Assembly: GCF_009914755.1 (NCBI RefSeq)
Contig: NC_060935.1
Direction: 5' to 3' (one strand)
Source of the DNA: the human T2T-CHM13v2.0 reference genome, Homo sapiens
DNA: 64,000 nucleotides
Part shown: piece after piece, positions 34,011 through 46,179 of the stretch
Numbering within the stretch: position 1 is the stretch's first letter
Layout of the letters: each line of letters starts with the position of its first letter
Made by a program: the position numbers and the translations under genes
Notes under the pieces: model-generated
The model's input: the letters and a program-made list of their open reading frames with translations, nothing else
Told to the model about the DNA's origin: nothing
Database searches by the model: none

Positions 34011-35130
34011 TTTCTGTAATAACTTGTTTGTTTTTTTTGGATCTTAGTTAGCTTTTTAAAATTATGTTATTTTCTCCTTGGAGAAGTCGTACAGCTTGTA
34101 TTAGATTGATTCCTAGCTACTTCATCTATTTTACACTCTGGTTTTTAGAACTTTATTTTCTAACTTTTTTGCTAGACAATTCACTCTTTATTCCCTTTCA
34201 TCTGGCTTCCCCTTCTCTTCTTTACTGTTCTTACTGTGGACATGAATGACCTCTATGTCTTCAATCACATTGTCACCTTCCAGGTTTCATTTTAATTGAT
34301 CTCTTAGTAGAATTTGGCACTGAATTTGTGCATCATCCTTGATGTCTCTGGGTGATTTTTTTTATGAACCTCTTAAGTACCAAAGGTACTGGTGGCCCAA
34401 AGATAACACATCTGTGTCCCTCTGGATTCAATCAGAACAGCTAGACTAATGCTCATGCATTCAGGAAGATTGACAATGGAGGAAGATTCTTGGAGTTTGA
34501 GCTTGGTGAACTCCAGGCTGAAGCACTAAGGAAGTCTGCAGTGTAGGGACTCTGTGGGCCTGAGGAACCAAAGAAGATCACATTGGAAATCTTTTCTTTC
34601 TTCTCTACAGTAGTTCTTGAATGGATACATTTTTCCTCCAGTCTTGATTAATTCAAACTAACATATCAATGCAACTTAACAATTATTTATTGATAGTACT
34701 TAGTCCCAATAAGTGCAAGTTTGTTAATGGCATTATTATTGCTTAATAATGTGTTTATTTCACTTTAATGCAGAATAATATTTTCTCTGGACACACCATT
34801 CTATGTTGGCATATTAAAGATATCATCCCATAACATCTAGCCTCCTTCTTATTGAGAATTCAGCCGTCAATCTAATGTTCTTTGGAATGTATTATGTCCT
34901 TTGTCCTCTGGTTGCTTTTAACATTTTATTATTTTCTTTGACTTCCTGAAATTTTACTATCAAGCTGCATTTTTTGTTCTTCTTGCTTAGGGCTTTTCGG
35001 GCTTCTTGAATCTCTGGGCTGATGTTTTCCATCAGTACTGGAAAGTTCTCTACCATAATATTCATATAACTAAATACCATAATATATTGCAAAAAAGTAA
35101 AGCTTTATACAAAAACATGAATAATTCCTA

Positions 35131-35516
<386 letters not shown>

Positions 35517-37681
35517 CTACAAAAGAAAACAATGGTTAGAATTCATAAAAGAAAGAATAGTGTTTCCCACCAGACAAGGAAAAAAGAATGTATTTAGAGA
35601 GGACCACTTGGTGTGGGGAGTTTTCTGTGGTTTGAGCAATATTCAACTTTCTGACCTGGTTTGTAGTTACACAATTTGAATTAAAATAGTTTAAAATATT
35701 AATTTAAATCCTATGCCTTTTCTGGTATGTGAATTATATTTCACAAATATAAAAGTCCCACACCTATGCACACATACACACACACACAGGAAATAACAAG
35801 GGAGAAACTGCTTGGGCAAACTGGCCAGGGATAGCCTCTCTGAACACAGAAAGACCATTTTTATTGTCTGGAGAAAGACACTTCACAAGTTTGTAGTAAA
35901 CTCACCAATATTGGCAGCTACGTGCCTCCTTGGGTGCACTGGCAGTTTGAGAGGAGGTCTCTGGGAGTGGCCTTCAGGTACTTGTGAATTTACCTTGCAA
36001 AGTAGGGGAGGAGTCCCTAATTTCTCCTTAGCTGAGGTCACCCTTAAAAAGAGTCTCCGGGGGATAGCTAGGTTTGTTGGTACAAAATATTAAAATCTAG
36101 GACTTTTATTTAATCTGCAAGCTACAATAGGAACAATAAATAAATTATTGGCTGCTTCTTCATTTTGAATCCCAGACCTACCTCCCTGGTCACTTTAATG
36201 TCCAGGATATCTTCTCCAACCCTCAGTACAATTGAAAGAAATTACCTGGGGAATTGTCAACATATTGAGAGATTCTGAGATTCATAGCAATTCTTAAGAG
36301 ATGGAAAGTTTCATGGTAGCAAAGAACATACACAGAAAAGGCTCCCCAGAATCATAATGGCTCCTAGAAACTTTCTTGGATCTGCCCATCTTGTCTGAAT
36401 ATTTCCTCCATCTTTCATGTCCCTCAAGAGGATAGAATGAGTCTGATTTCATCTAGTTTGAGTCACCCAGAGCTATGCTGTTCACTTGCCTGAGGGAAAA
36501 GGAACAGGCTATTCTGATCTGACCATTCCTTCAAAGCCTGCCAGAGAAGAACTGTCCCCTCTCTGCACACTACTAGTATAAGTCCTGTGGTATTAGGGAA
36601 ACTCCAGGGGCCTGGCCACTGGTGCTGCAGTAGAACCATAACTGTGGTTCATCTGGTTTACCCACCTCCTCATATGTAAGGTCCGCCTAAGCTGAGATGT
36701 CTTTCCTCAAATCCTGGTACTCATCCTCATCACTAACCCAGTTAACATATTCAAAATGATTATTACATAAAAACATCTCAGTTACCAATGAAACTCAGGA
36801 TGTGTTGCTGTATCCCCTGTGAAGCGTAGATTTATTTCTTTTAAAATTAATAACTGATTGGAAGGTGAATTTCCATTCAAAAATCATCATTTTTTTATTT
36901 GCAGGATAACATTGGGGATGCAAACTAAAAGTTCTCAGCTATAATCTAAACATCTTCTAATCGTACACACAGAGACATAACTAAGTACCTCATCACTCTC
37001 AGAGATGAGGTATAAGCCAGGGCTTACTCTTCTGGACTAACTGAATCTCCAGAACTCTGTGTTAGAGGGAGGGGATCGTGAATAAAGGGCTTTACAAACT
37101 TCCATAGGGTTCAAAACAATAGGGCGAAAGGGATTCCTGAATACTTTCTGGGCACAGGTCTGGAATTTATGACATAAGAAGAATTTGGTGGTGGGGCGTC
37201 CCTTAAGGCAAAAAGTAAAAGGATTAGAGTCACAAAGAAAAGGAGCAGAGTGAGGCTCAGTAAGAAAATCAGGTATTAGGGCCACAAGGCTAGGCAGTAT
37301 TCATACATTTGAGGAGATGTTAGGGGTAAGTCGATAAAGGAGTTTAAATATAAGCAAGGAATACAGGTGGATCAGTACAAATCATTGGCTGGGAGAAGGA
37401 AATTTCTGCTGTAGGGGAAGTGGTATAATAATATTATAGAGGTGTAGTTAGGTAAGGAGACGTTTCCGACAGGGCAGAGGAAGAGAACATTTCCTCCTTT
37501 CTCATGGGTGCCATTAGGCAAATAATTATGGGGTTCCTGGAAGGAAAGGAGGGGAGATCTCAAAAGGCAAGAGAAAGGAATGTAAAGATGCAAGGGAAGA
37601 TGCTAAATTTCAGGGAAATGAGAGGAAGGAAAGGAAGACTTCTGTCCGTGAATATGCTCAACACAAAAATCGATGCTGTCA

Positions 37682-37740
37682 TGTGTGCGTGTGTGTGTGT
37701 GTGTGAATATGCATGTGCATATGTGTGCACAAGTGTGTAT
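37682..37740. repeat. Imperfect (TG)n / alternating purine-pyrimidine tract about 1.2 kb upstream of PATE1
   Basis: tgtgtgcgtgtgtgtgtgtgtgtg...gcatgtgcatatgtgtgcac. Confidence 0.85.
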
Positions 37741-38886
37741 GTAGTACATTAATACTTCATGGTGTTATTTTAAAACTTCATCAGGGTAGTCAGTGCCAGG
37801 TCAGGAGTTAGTATATAACTCTCTTCCTCTGTGCATGGAAATGCCAGTTTGATCTTTTGGCATGTGATAATAACCTCCAAAATATCATGGATGCAAAAAT
37901 CTTTTTTATACATTACTCTTGCTGTCCCCAACCACTTCAGCCAGCATCTTGCTTAGACCACCATCCCACTTGGCTGTAGACCTGCATTGTGCCCTGTTGC
38001 AACCTGCATCCTTCCAGTTGCTGCTCTTCTCATATAGAGAAGATGCTCCTAGCAATACACGCTTTGCCCTAAGCATGGGCACAAGCTCTTCTGTCAGTTC
38101 TCTACAATGACAATGAAGACTAAGCTGCAACGTTCATTACAATGCACTGAATGCATAGCAATAACTGAAGGAAATTAACAGAAAACTTAAAATGAGATAC
38201 TAGATATGGCTGCTCTTAGAATCCACAGGTTCAATACCCTGGCCTGCCATCAAGTGAGAAGGATCAGCTTACCTCTCTCCAGATGAAGTAGTCTTAAATC
38301 TCTCTCTCCCAACTAAAGTCTAAGTTGCAGCCACCAGGAAGCCTCAAGAAAGGAAAACAGTTCCCTCCTCAGCTTACATCTTCTACCCTAGGGTCTGCTT
38401 CTTTCCAGGATGATTGACAGTGAGAAACTTTACTCTCCTCATGGGAACCCTCTGTCTGCCTCTGAGCCTAACCTTTCTGTGCCCTCTCTTCTCCATTCCT
38501 AGAGGTATGTATTTTTTAAGTCTGCGTTCAGCCTTCTTTTTGCCTTTCTGCATTCCAATGATTTATACTTATGTATTCTCTCAGCTTTAATGAATGTCTT
38601 GTTGTAGATGACTCTCAATTCTACCCATCCAGCCCAGCTTTATCCTTGCATTCTCTTACAGTACAGTATAGTGAAAAGACCATAGAACCTGGCATCAAAA
38701 ATCCTGAGTGGTAGAACTGGAATAAATCAGACTCAGGATTGACCTGGCCATTACCTCTCCCCACCAAGTTGCAAGGAAGAGAAATAACAGAGTCATTGAT
38801 TTCCCTAGGAGCAGGTTATGCCTTCCAAGAACTTCCACAGAGTCCCCACCCCTAACCCTTCGCAGGAAAGCCCAACCTTGCAGGTG

Positions 38887-38894
38887 TATAAATA
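38887..38894 (+). promoter_or_regulatory. PATE1: TATA box of PATE1
   Basis: TATAAATA begins 56 nt upstream of the ATG, implying a TSS near 38915-38930. Confidence 0.8.
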
Positions 38895-38942
38895 GGCACT
38901 CTCGAAGCTTCGTGCTGTAGCCTGGCCCTCCCTCTTTCCAAA

Positions 38943-38994
38943 ATGGACAAGTCCCTCTTGCTGGAACTCCCCATCCTGCTCTGCTGCTTTAGGG
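38943..38994 (+). CDS. PATE1: PATE1 coding exon 1 (signal peptide)
   Basis: ATG GAC AAG ... TTT AGG G|gtgagt. Confidence 0.95.
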
Positions 38995-41370
38995 GTGAGT
39001 CCCTAGGGTTGACAGCTGGTAAGAGTCCTGAATTTAGGAACAGGTGAGAGCACCCATGACAGAGGCCTTCTCATGGGAGTCCTATGGCAACTGAAGCATG
39101 ATGAGCTTCTGTTCTAATGTTATGCCTTCTACCAGGGGTATGTCATGTCCCCAGGACCTTAACTAAAGCTCTTCTCCCTTCCTTTATGGGGGGAAATAGG
39201 TAGATTAGAGAGGAATTGAGTGGATTTTCATAGAAGCTTTGAGAAGGGGTTTGGAAAATGAGGTCTGCAGACAGTGTATCTCTTTTTTTTTCCAACAGCA
39301 TTATCTGGATCACTTTCAATGAGAAATGATGCAGGTGAGTAGGAATAGATAAGTGGTATGAGAAGGGGAAGGTCTGAGGAGGAAAAGATGAGTGGGGTGA
39401 GGTGAGCACCAGGGGCCAAAAAAAACCAAAATACGAATAGACCTTGAGTTCCAACACGCAACAACCTCTTCCAGCAGGACAGAGCTGGCATGGGAGCTGA
39501 TTTTAGGTTTGACAAAATAACATTAGCATCAACTGACAAGGTCAGGAGTGAGCGTCAGTGAAGGGCAAGGAAAAGGAAAAGGAGGAAGTGGAATGCTGGC
39601 TTTTCAGGTGTCGCTTGGCCAAATCTAAAGCGTGGCAACTTCAGGAATTTCAGGTTGTCCCCATTGTCAGATTCCAGGCACCCACAGGTAAGAGTGCCAC
39701 ACAGAGTCAATTAAAAAGAAGGGAATGAAGCAAAAAAGCAGGTGCACTTATCTTTCTCCTCCTGGTCTGTGCTGCATCCTATAGGAATGGGTAGATGAAT
39801 CTGAGAAGCCCCGAAGAGGTGAAGAGATTTAGAAGGAGAGAAGAGGTGCAGAGATGCCCAGTAGGTGACTAGGCATTAGGGGGACAGAGTGGGCCTGGAA
39901 TGGCTCCAGTTTAAGAGTGCAGGATGGACCCTGAAGGGCAGACTATAAGAACCCAATACAAGAGTAAATCTCAGGCACATTTCAGATGTGTTTTCTTTCT
40001 CTTGCCAGTACAGTCAATGAAATAGTTGCTGTGAAAAACAATTTTCCTGGTAAGTATGAAGAGGACCTGTCTGATCACCTCAGTCTTGATAATGTTTCAC
40101 TTTTCCTTATTCCTCCACCTTCTTTCCCCTCCCATTTTTCAGGCTAAAATTCCTGAGACCATAAACCTCAATCACTCTCTTGGCTTAGTGTATTTCCACA
40201 GAGGAAGATGTTCACGCTTGATGGGCTCTGGCAAAGCCCTGTGGCTCTAGGCAGACTTCTAACCCAAAAGGGGAGAGGGGTTCTTTCCTGGTAGTGCCAT
40301 CTTTTCTCACTTCTCTTTCCCCTCTCTCTGGCCAAGTGATAGAAATTGTTCGGTGTAGGATGTGCCACCTCCAGTTCCCAGGAGAAAAGTGCTCCAGAGG
40401 AAGAGGAATATGCACAGCAACAACAGAAGAGGCCTGCATGGTTGGAAGGATGTTCAAAAGTAAGTTGTGGGTTGGGGAAAAGAAGAACGGGCAGAGGACG
40501 TATACAGGGACGTATCAGCCACAGGGGAAAGGAGAGATCTTACTTTACTTTTACTATAGGCAGTCTCATACCTGGGATGGCTGATTCCTTCATCCCCATC
40601 ATATGCCGTAATGAAAATTAGATGGAGGTGGTCACTAAGGAGGGTGGGGACCTACAGCTAAGGGATTAGCATTTTGAGAAGCCTGAAGAAAACAGAGGAG
40701 AATAAATCAAGGTAAGAGAATAGGTGTAATCTATGCCCAATGGGTAACAGTGTGTTGTTGAGTTGTGGAGGGGGCTTTTGGTTCTTGTGCCTGTCTGGGC
40801 TTCCTTACGGATGGTTCTAAACTGTGGAAATAGAAGGGCCAGTGTCATCAGTAGACTCTGGCTGAATTGCCCTGGATGGTTAAGATGAGACATCATGATT
40901 TCTCTTTTTCCACCCTTTGTGCTAAATTATCTCTTGGCATTTATAACCCTCACTTGAACCAGTGTTAAGACTCTCAAGAGAAACACCCAGCTTTGGCAAT
41001 CCCTGAATTACGGCTCTCCTTACTGCCCTACCCCAAATGATCATTTTAGACTGCTCCATCACTGCATTTCTTTTGGGAAGCCCCCAGCTTGCAACATCTT
41101 CCAGTTCTTTATATTTGAATAACGGAGCTTTGAACTACACAAGATTATTTCTATATGTTGGTGTGGTCTGGAGAAAAGTTTTTTAGCAGAACTTTCATGG
41201 CCAGGCTTCCTGATCTGTTTTTTCTCCCCTCCACAGGGGATGGTAATCCCTGGTTAACCTTCATGGGCTGCCTAAAGAACTGTGCTGATGTGAAAGGCAT
41301 AAGGTGGAGTGTCTATTTGGTGAACTTCAGGTGCTGCAGGAGCCATGACCTGTGCAATGAAGACCTTTAG
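38943..41370 (+). CDS. PATE1: Prostate and testis expressed 1; secreted three-finger (LU domain) protein, 126 aa; join(38943..38994,39299..39334,40014..40049,40337..40459,41237..41370)
   Basis: Spliced CDS of 52+36+36+123+134=381 nt with all introns GT-AG and phase 1: MDKSLLLELPILLCCFRALSGSLSMRNDAVNEIVAVKNNFPVIEIVRCRMCHLQFPGEKCSRGRGICTATTEEACMVGRMFKRDGNPWLTFMGCLKNCADVKGIRWSVYLVNFRCCRSHDLCNEDL*. Signal peptide plus 10-Cys LU domain ending CC-x5-CN; recognised as human PATE1. Confidence 0.97.
39299..39334 (+). CDS. PATE1: PATE1 exon 2 (36 nt)
   Basis: ttttccaacag|CATTATCT...GATGCAG|gtgagt; encodes ALSGSLSMRNDA. Confidence 0.93.
40014..40049 (+). CDS. PATE1: PATE1 exon 3 (36 nt)
   Basis: tacag|TCAATGAA...TTTCCTG|gtaagt; encodes VNEIVAVKNNFP. 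Confidence 0.92.
40337..40459 (+). CDS. PATE1: PATE1 exon 4 (LU Cys1-5)
   Basis: Long pyrimidine tract, ccaag|TGATAG ... TTCAAAA|gtaagt. Confidence 0.95.
41237..41370 (+). CDS. PATE1: PATE1 exon 5, coding part (LU Cys6-10)
   Basis: ctccacag|GGGATGGT ... CCRSHDLCNEDL TAG. Confidence 0.96.
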
Positions 41371-41451
41371 AAGTTAATGGTTCTTCTGTGACTCCAATTT
41401 CTGGGTGAGGTTGTTGCCTCAGCCTCTTCACAATGACTTTCTAAAAAAAAT

Positions 41452-41470
41452 CACACACACACACACACAC
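41452..41470. repeat. (CA)n microsatellite in the PATE1 3'UTR
   Basis: Run of about 9 CA units. Confidence 0.9.
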
Positions 41471-42458
41471 CACAGAAGAGGATTGCAAACACATGGCTCC
41501 ATCTTCTGCACACGAAAGGAAAGTCCCTCTCCTTTTCTACAGTCTCTGTCACGCCCCTTAAAATAAGTAAATAAATAACCTTGAGAGAAAGAACAAGATC
41601 AATATATCCTGCAGGTTGCTACAAACCCTTGTGCTTTCACTGTATAGCCAGTTCATTCAGAAAAGGAGGAAAGGGTAGTTTAATTTCAAAAAAGAATCCC
41701 TTCCTCTTTCCTCTGCTGCTTTCCTTCCTTCTGTGGCAGGGTATTTTAATATATTTTTCAAATTTTTTTCCTTTCTGTGTTATCCTTCTTATCCCACTCC
41801 AAAGAAAGCACATAACTGTGGCCTGAAGGGATGGGGAGTAGCAACATAAAAAGAAGTGGCTCAAGTCTTCTTGGAGTTTGTTCATGAATGCTGATCCCAG
41901 GGTGAGGAGAAGATTGGGACATAGAAAGGAAACTGCATCAGAAACATGAACAGAGAAAGATTGTCTACCTTCTAGAATCAGATCTGTTTGGGGCTGGGGG
42001 TTGGAGAATAAAAGCAGAAGTCTATGGGATTCTAGAAATAGTACCTGCATCCAGCTTCCCTGCCAAACTCACAAGGAGACATCAACCTCTAGACAGGGAA
42101 CAGCTTCAGGATACTTCCAGGAGACAGAGCCACCAGCAGCAAAACAAATATTCCCATGCCTGGAGCATGGCATAGAGGAAGCTGAGAAATGTGGGGTCTG
42201 AGGAAGCCATTTGAGTCTGGCCACTAGACATCTCATCAGCCACTTGTGTGAAGAGATGCCCCATGACCCCAGATGCCTCTCCCACCCTTACCTCCATCTC
42301 ACACACTTGAGCTTTCCACTCTGTATAATTCTAACATCCTGGAGAAAAATGGCAGTTTGACCGAACCTGTTCACAAGGGTAGAGGCTGATTTCTAACGAA
42401 ACTTGTAGAATGAAGCCTGGAAAGAGTGATGAATTATATTATATTATATAAAAATAAT

Positions 42459-42464
42459 AATAAA
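42459..42464 (+). terminator. PATE1: Likely main PATE1 polyadenylation signal (alternatives AATAAA at 41570 and 42007)
   Basis: AATAAA in AT-rich context followed by GT/T-rich sequence (ttgtgtgtccttcttt); would give an mRNA of about 1.5 kb. Confidence 0.65.
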
Positions 42465-42785
42465 AATATAAAGAAAGCTACCTTTCTTCTATACCCAAAT
42501 TGTGTGTCCTTCTTTCTCTCTCCTCCAACCTCTTCCTAATTCCTTTAACAAACATGTATTCAAAACATACTATGTTCCAGGTACTGCTAGACCCTAGTAT
42601 GTACACAGCATCATAATCCCTATCCTCATGGAGCTTAGACTAATGGGAGAGACAGATCTTAAGTAAATAATCATAATAGCTTCCACTTATATGACAATTA
42701 CTATATGAGAGGCACTGCTATAAACACTTTTTATTTTCTGACTCATTTACCCTTCACACAAACCTGAAAGTCATACTACTCCCCA

Positions 42786-45060
42786 TGTGGGTCAGTCAGA
42801 AACCAAAAACAGCACCAGTTATTTTTACAGAGACTGTAAAATTAAGAGCGGTTAACCAGGTATTGAAGGATACAAAAAGCCAAAGGGAGATATCGAGTTA
42901 ACAGAGACAGAAATTGCAAGAAACAGCTAAAACCTGTAGGTCTAGGGAAACACAAGGAAAATGTTGGAGGTCCATACTTCTAAGGTCTAAGGTAATTAAG
43001 GTAATTAGACTAGACCTTAGAAGTGTGGGGGAAGGAAGTGCAGATGGAGGATCTCTTGAGCCCAGGAATTCAAGGCTGCAGCGAGCTATGATTGTGCAGT
43101 GGCACTCCAGCCTGGGTGACGGAGGAAGATCCCATCTCTAAAATTAATTAATTAATTAACTTAAAACTGTGAGGGAGGGATCCCTTGGAACTGGAACCCA
43201 AACATCTCAGGAACAAAGGGCCTCCATAAAGATAAAATGCATACCTCTAGGGAAGGGGTACTGTTCAGATGGTGCTGGTATCTCTGTGGGGCACCAGGAA
43301 GCTGGTTCTGAAAGTGTTGTGGGGAAAACCATGGAACAAAACCAACTGTAGCTCTGAAGCCAACTGCCACTGCCCAGGTAAAAAGCTGTTGAGAGGAAGA
43401 GGAAGCAAACGGGAAAAGATGCATCCCTTGTCCAGCTTGCCAGTCTCCCTCCAGCACCTCCTATTGGCAGAATTTAACAAGGATCTAGCTTGCAAAAACC
43501 ACCATCATAAAGCAGGGTATAGAAGTGTGAACTTAAAACTGAGAGACAATCATTTAATAACCAGCTCAATCACGTCTTTGACCTTTCAACATCTGTACAT
43601 ACCTTTTTATATATGTTTGGACTCCATTGAACAAGAAAGGCAACTTTATGCTTTTGCCTAAAGAGATGCATTTATCCTCCATACAAGTAAAGATACTCTT
43701 ATTTTTTCTTTAAATAAGGACACACAGTCCTAAAGTCATCTTTATCTCAGAGTGATATCCTAGATATTCTTTCTGTGCAATGTTAAATACTCTTGAAATC
43801 CAATAAATTCCACCTGTCAATTACCGTCAATAATTTTTATGTAAAATAATAAAAGGGTAGAGGAAAACAAGAAGAAAATATGACAAGAAAGGAAAAAGAT
43901 ATGCCTAGGTACCCAGTGTTTGTTTTTTTTTTAACCGCTAATAAGGCTGCAAGCAACATTTATAACTTCCTTCTTCTGCTACCAATTCTACATTTTGTTT
44001 TCCACAACTAGAACCTCATTGGGTCAGCATTATCTATCTGCTGGGATGATGAAAATCTTCATTCTTGAAAGGTTCAAATTTTCAATGGCCTGGATTTTTT
44101 TTTCAGTTTCAGAGCTTTATATTTACTGTTATTGGACAGGAAGAACAAGGTAGCACTTCAGAGAATTTCCTGTATTCCAGACACAGTCATCCTTACCCCA
44201 TTGTGCAACAGCCATGCAATTCCCTTTTAATAATCGGGATCAGTTTTCTCAGCCTGTAGAATAACCTCTATGCTTATATTGTGGCATGGTGGCATCAGGA
44301 GCCCAAAATGGTCTTAGCATTCAAATCAACTAAAGTATTGTTTTATTCCCTAGTGGAAGCATTTCTCCCTTGGTAACTAAGACTCCAAATGAACAAAAAT
44401 CAAAGTTGCAGGGATGGGAGAATTTATTCCCACTTCTACATCTTGATTCTTGGACTTGTGTACTCTGACTATGGGAAAAGCAGAATTATATATTAGTTGC
44501 TGATTCTGAGCATATACCGCATTCTAAGATATAATCTAATCTTTTCAGAGTGTTTGCCCCAACTTACAGTTAAATTGAGATTTCATTTGACCATTCATTC
44601 CATTATTCCATCAGGCTGGTTGCTTCTGATGATGGGGTGAATGGTAAGCTAAATGATGTCCATGGGCATGAACATATTGCTATACTTCTTTGTGGTGAAA
44701 TAAGTTTCTTGGATGGAAATAATTCCGTGTTTAAAACACGCTGATGGAGAATAAAGCATTCCCTAAGTCCACAATTAATGGTGGCGGCAGAAGCATTATT
44801 AACAGGAACATCCATATCCAAAAATATCTGTTTATTCCAGTGAGGATAAATTCTAACCATGATGGAAGTCAAGCTGTTAGCAACTAGCCATGAATTAATG
44901 TAGATCTGTCCAGACTCAATGGATGAGACACCCCTGATTGTGGTTTAATGCTTGGGGAGTCCACCTCCCAGTTGTTGCCAGAATATCCATTTGTAAATGC
45001 CAGTTTCTCCTATCTCAGATCAGTTCATTATTAAACAGAAAACTAAGAGGCCATAGGTGT
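42786..45060 (-). mobile_element. Ancient ERVL/MaLR-class LTR plus internal sequence with integrase remnant; Alu monomer fragment at about 43042-43142
   Basis: Minus-strand ORF 44603-44872 contains NASAATINCGLREC and SEATSLME, resembling ERVL integrase motifs (NASAKTTIRGLTEC / PEAAGLIE). Boundaries are approximate. Confidence 0.65.
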
Positions 45061-45868
45061 GCCATAGAAGAGAGGAGGCAATGGAGCAGAACTACCTGCT
45101 CATGCAACTAACTTGTGCAGTCCTGGCTAGCTTGAACCTGTTCTCTTGTTGGCTTCTTCTCCTTAGTGGCAGATTGCTATCTTACATGCCCAATCTATGG
45201 CTTCATGACCCAGAAAACACAGTTCATGATGGGAAGCTCAGGTATCATGATTACTTGATGACCCATTGTCAGAGAAACTGATTATAGAAGATTAAATTAC
45301 TTGCCAAAGTCATATAAATAGAAAATGACAGAGGCAAGAGTCAAACTTAGGCTGTCTGTCTCAAGTCTTTACTCTTAATGATTATGCACAAATAACTAAG
45401 AAATAACTATAACAGGTGTAGGAAAAAATACAGGGTAATAAAAGTAAGCAGAAGACAATGCTAACTGGGGTCTTAGGAAAGCTCTTTCTAAAGTTACATT
45501 TAAGCTTAGAATCGTGGGCTAACCTATTTAGGTCAGGGCAAGAGGGAAACGGTTGGGGGCAACCATGTACCAAAAGCACCTTCCTTCCAGGTAAAGGGAA
45601 CAGGAGGTGCAAACCATCTGGGTAAAGAAGTTCCTTCCCTTCGTGACCGCTTCCTTTGAGTGTTCTTTCTTTTTTCTTGTGAATTCAATGATTCTCTTTA
45701 GCCTTTTGGAAATCATCATGGCCCATGTGTTTGTTGTTTTGTTTTGTTTTGCATGTTTGTTTGTTTTAAGGTACATCTGCCTTAGGTTTAAGATTCGGCT
45801 TTCTATTTTGGAGGATAGTAAACTCTCTCCTCATACACAGACTTACGAGATTATAAGAACAGAAGGCA

Positions 45869-46179
45869 GGCAGGGCACGGTGGCTCACGACTGTAATCCC
45901 AGCACTTTGGGAGGCCGAGGCAGGTGGATCACCTGAGGTCAGGAGATCAAGACCAGCCTAGACAACATGGTGAAATCCCATCTCTACTAAAAATACAAAA
46001 ATTAGCTGAGCATGGTGGCACGTGCCTATAGTTTTAGCTACTCAGGAGGCTGAGGCAGGAGAATTGCATGAACCTAGGAGGCGGAGGTTGCAGTGAGCCG
46101 AGATCATGCCTCTGCACTCCAGCCCGGGCAACAGAGCGAAACTCTGTCTTGAAAAAAACAAAACAAAACAAAAACAAAA
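45869..46179 (+). mobile_element. AluS with target-site duplication
   Basis: Full dimer, (AAAAC)n tail. TSD AACAGAAGGCA at 45858-45868 and 46180-46190. Confidence 0.95.

Noticed and set aside
40294-40621. ORFs extending across PATE1 exon 4
   Set aside because: These are intron read-through around the real exon at 40337-40459.
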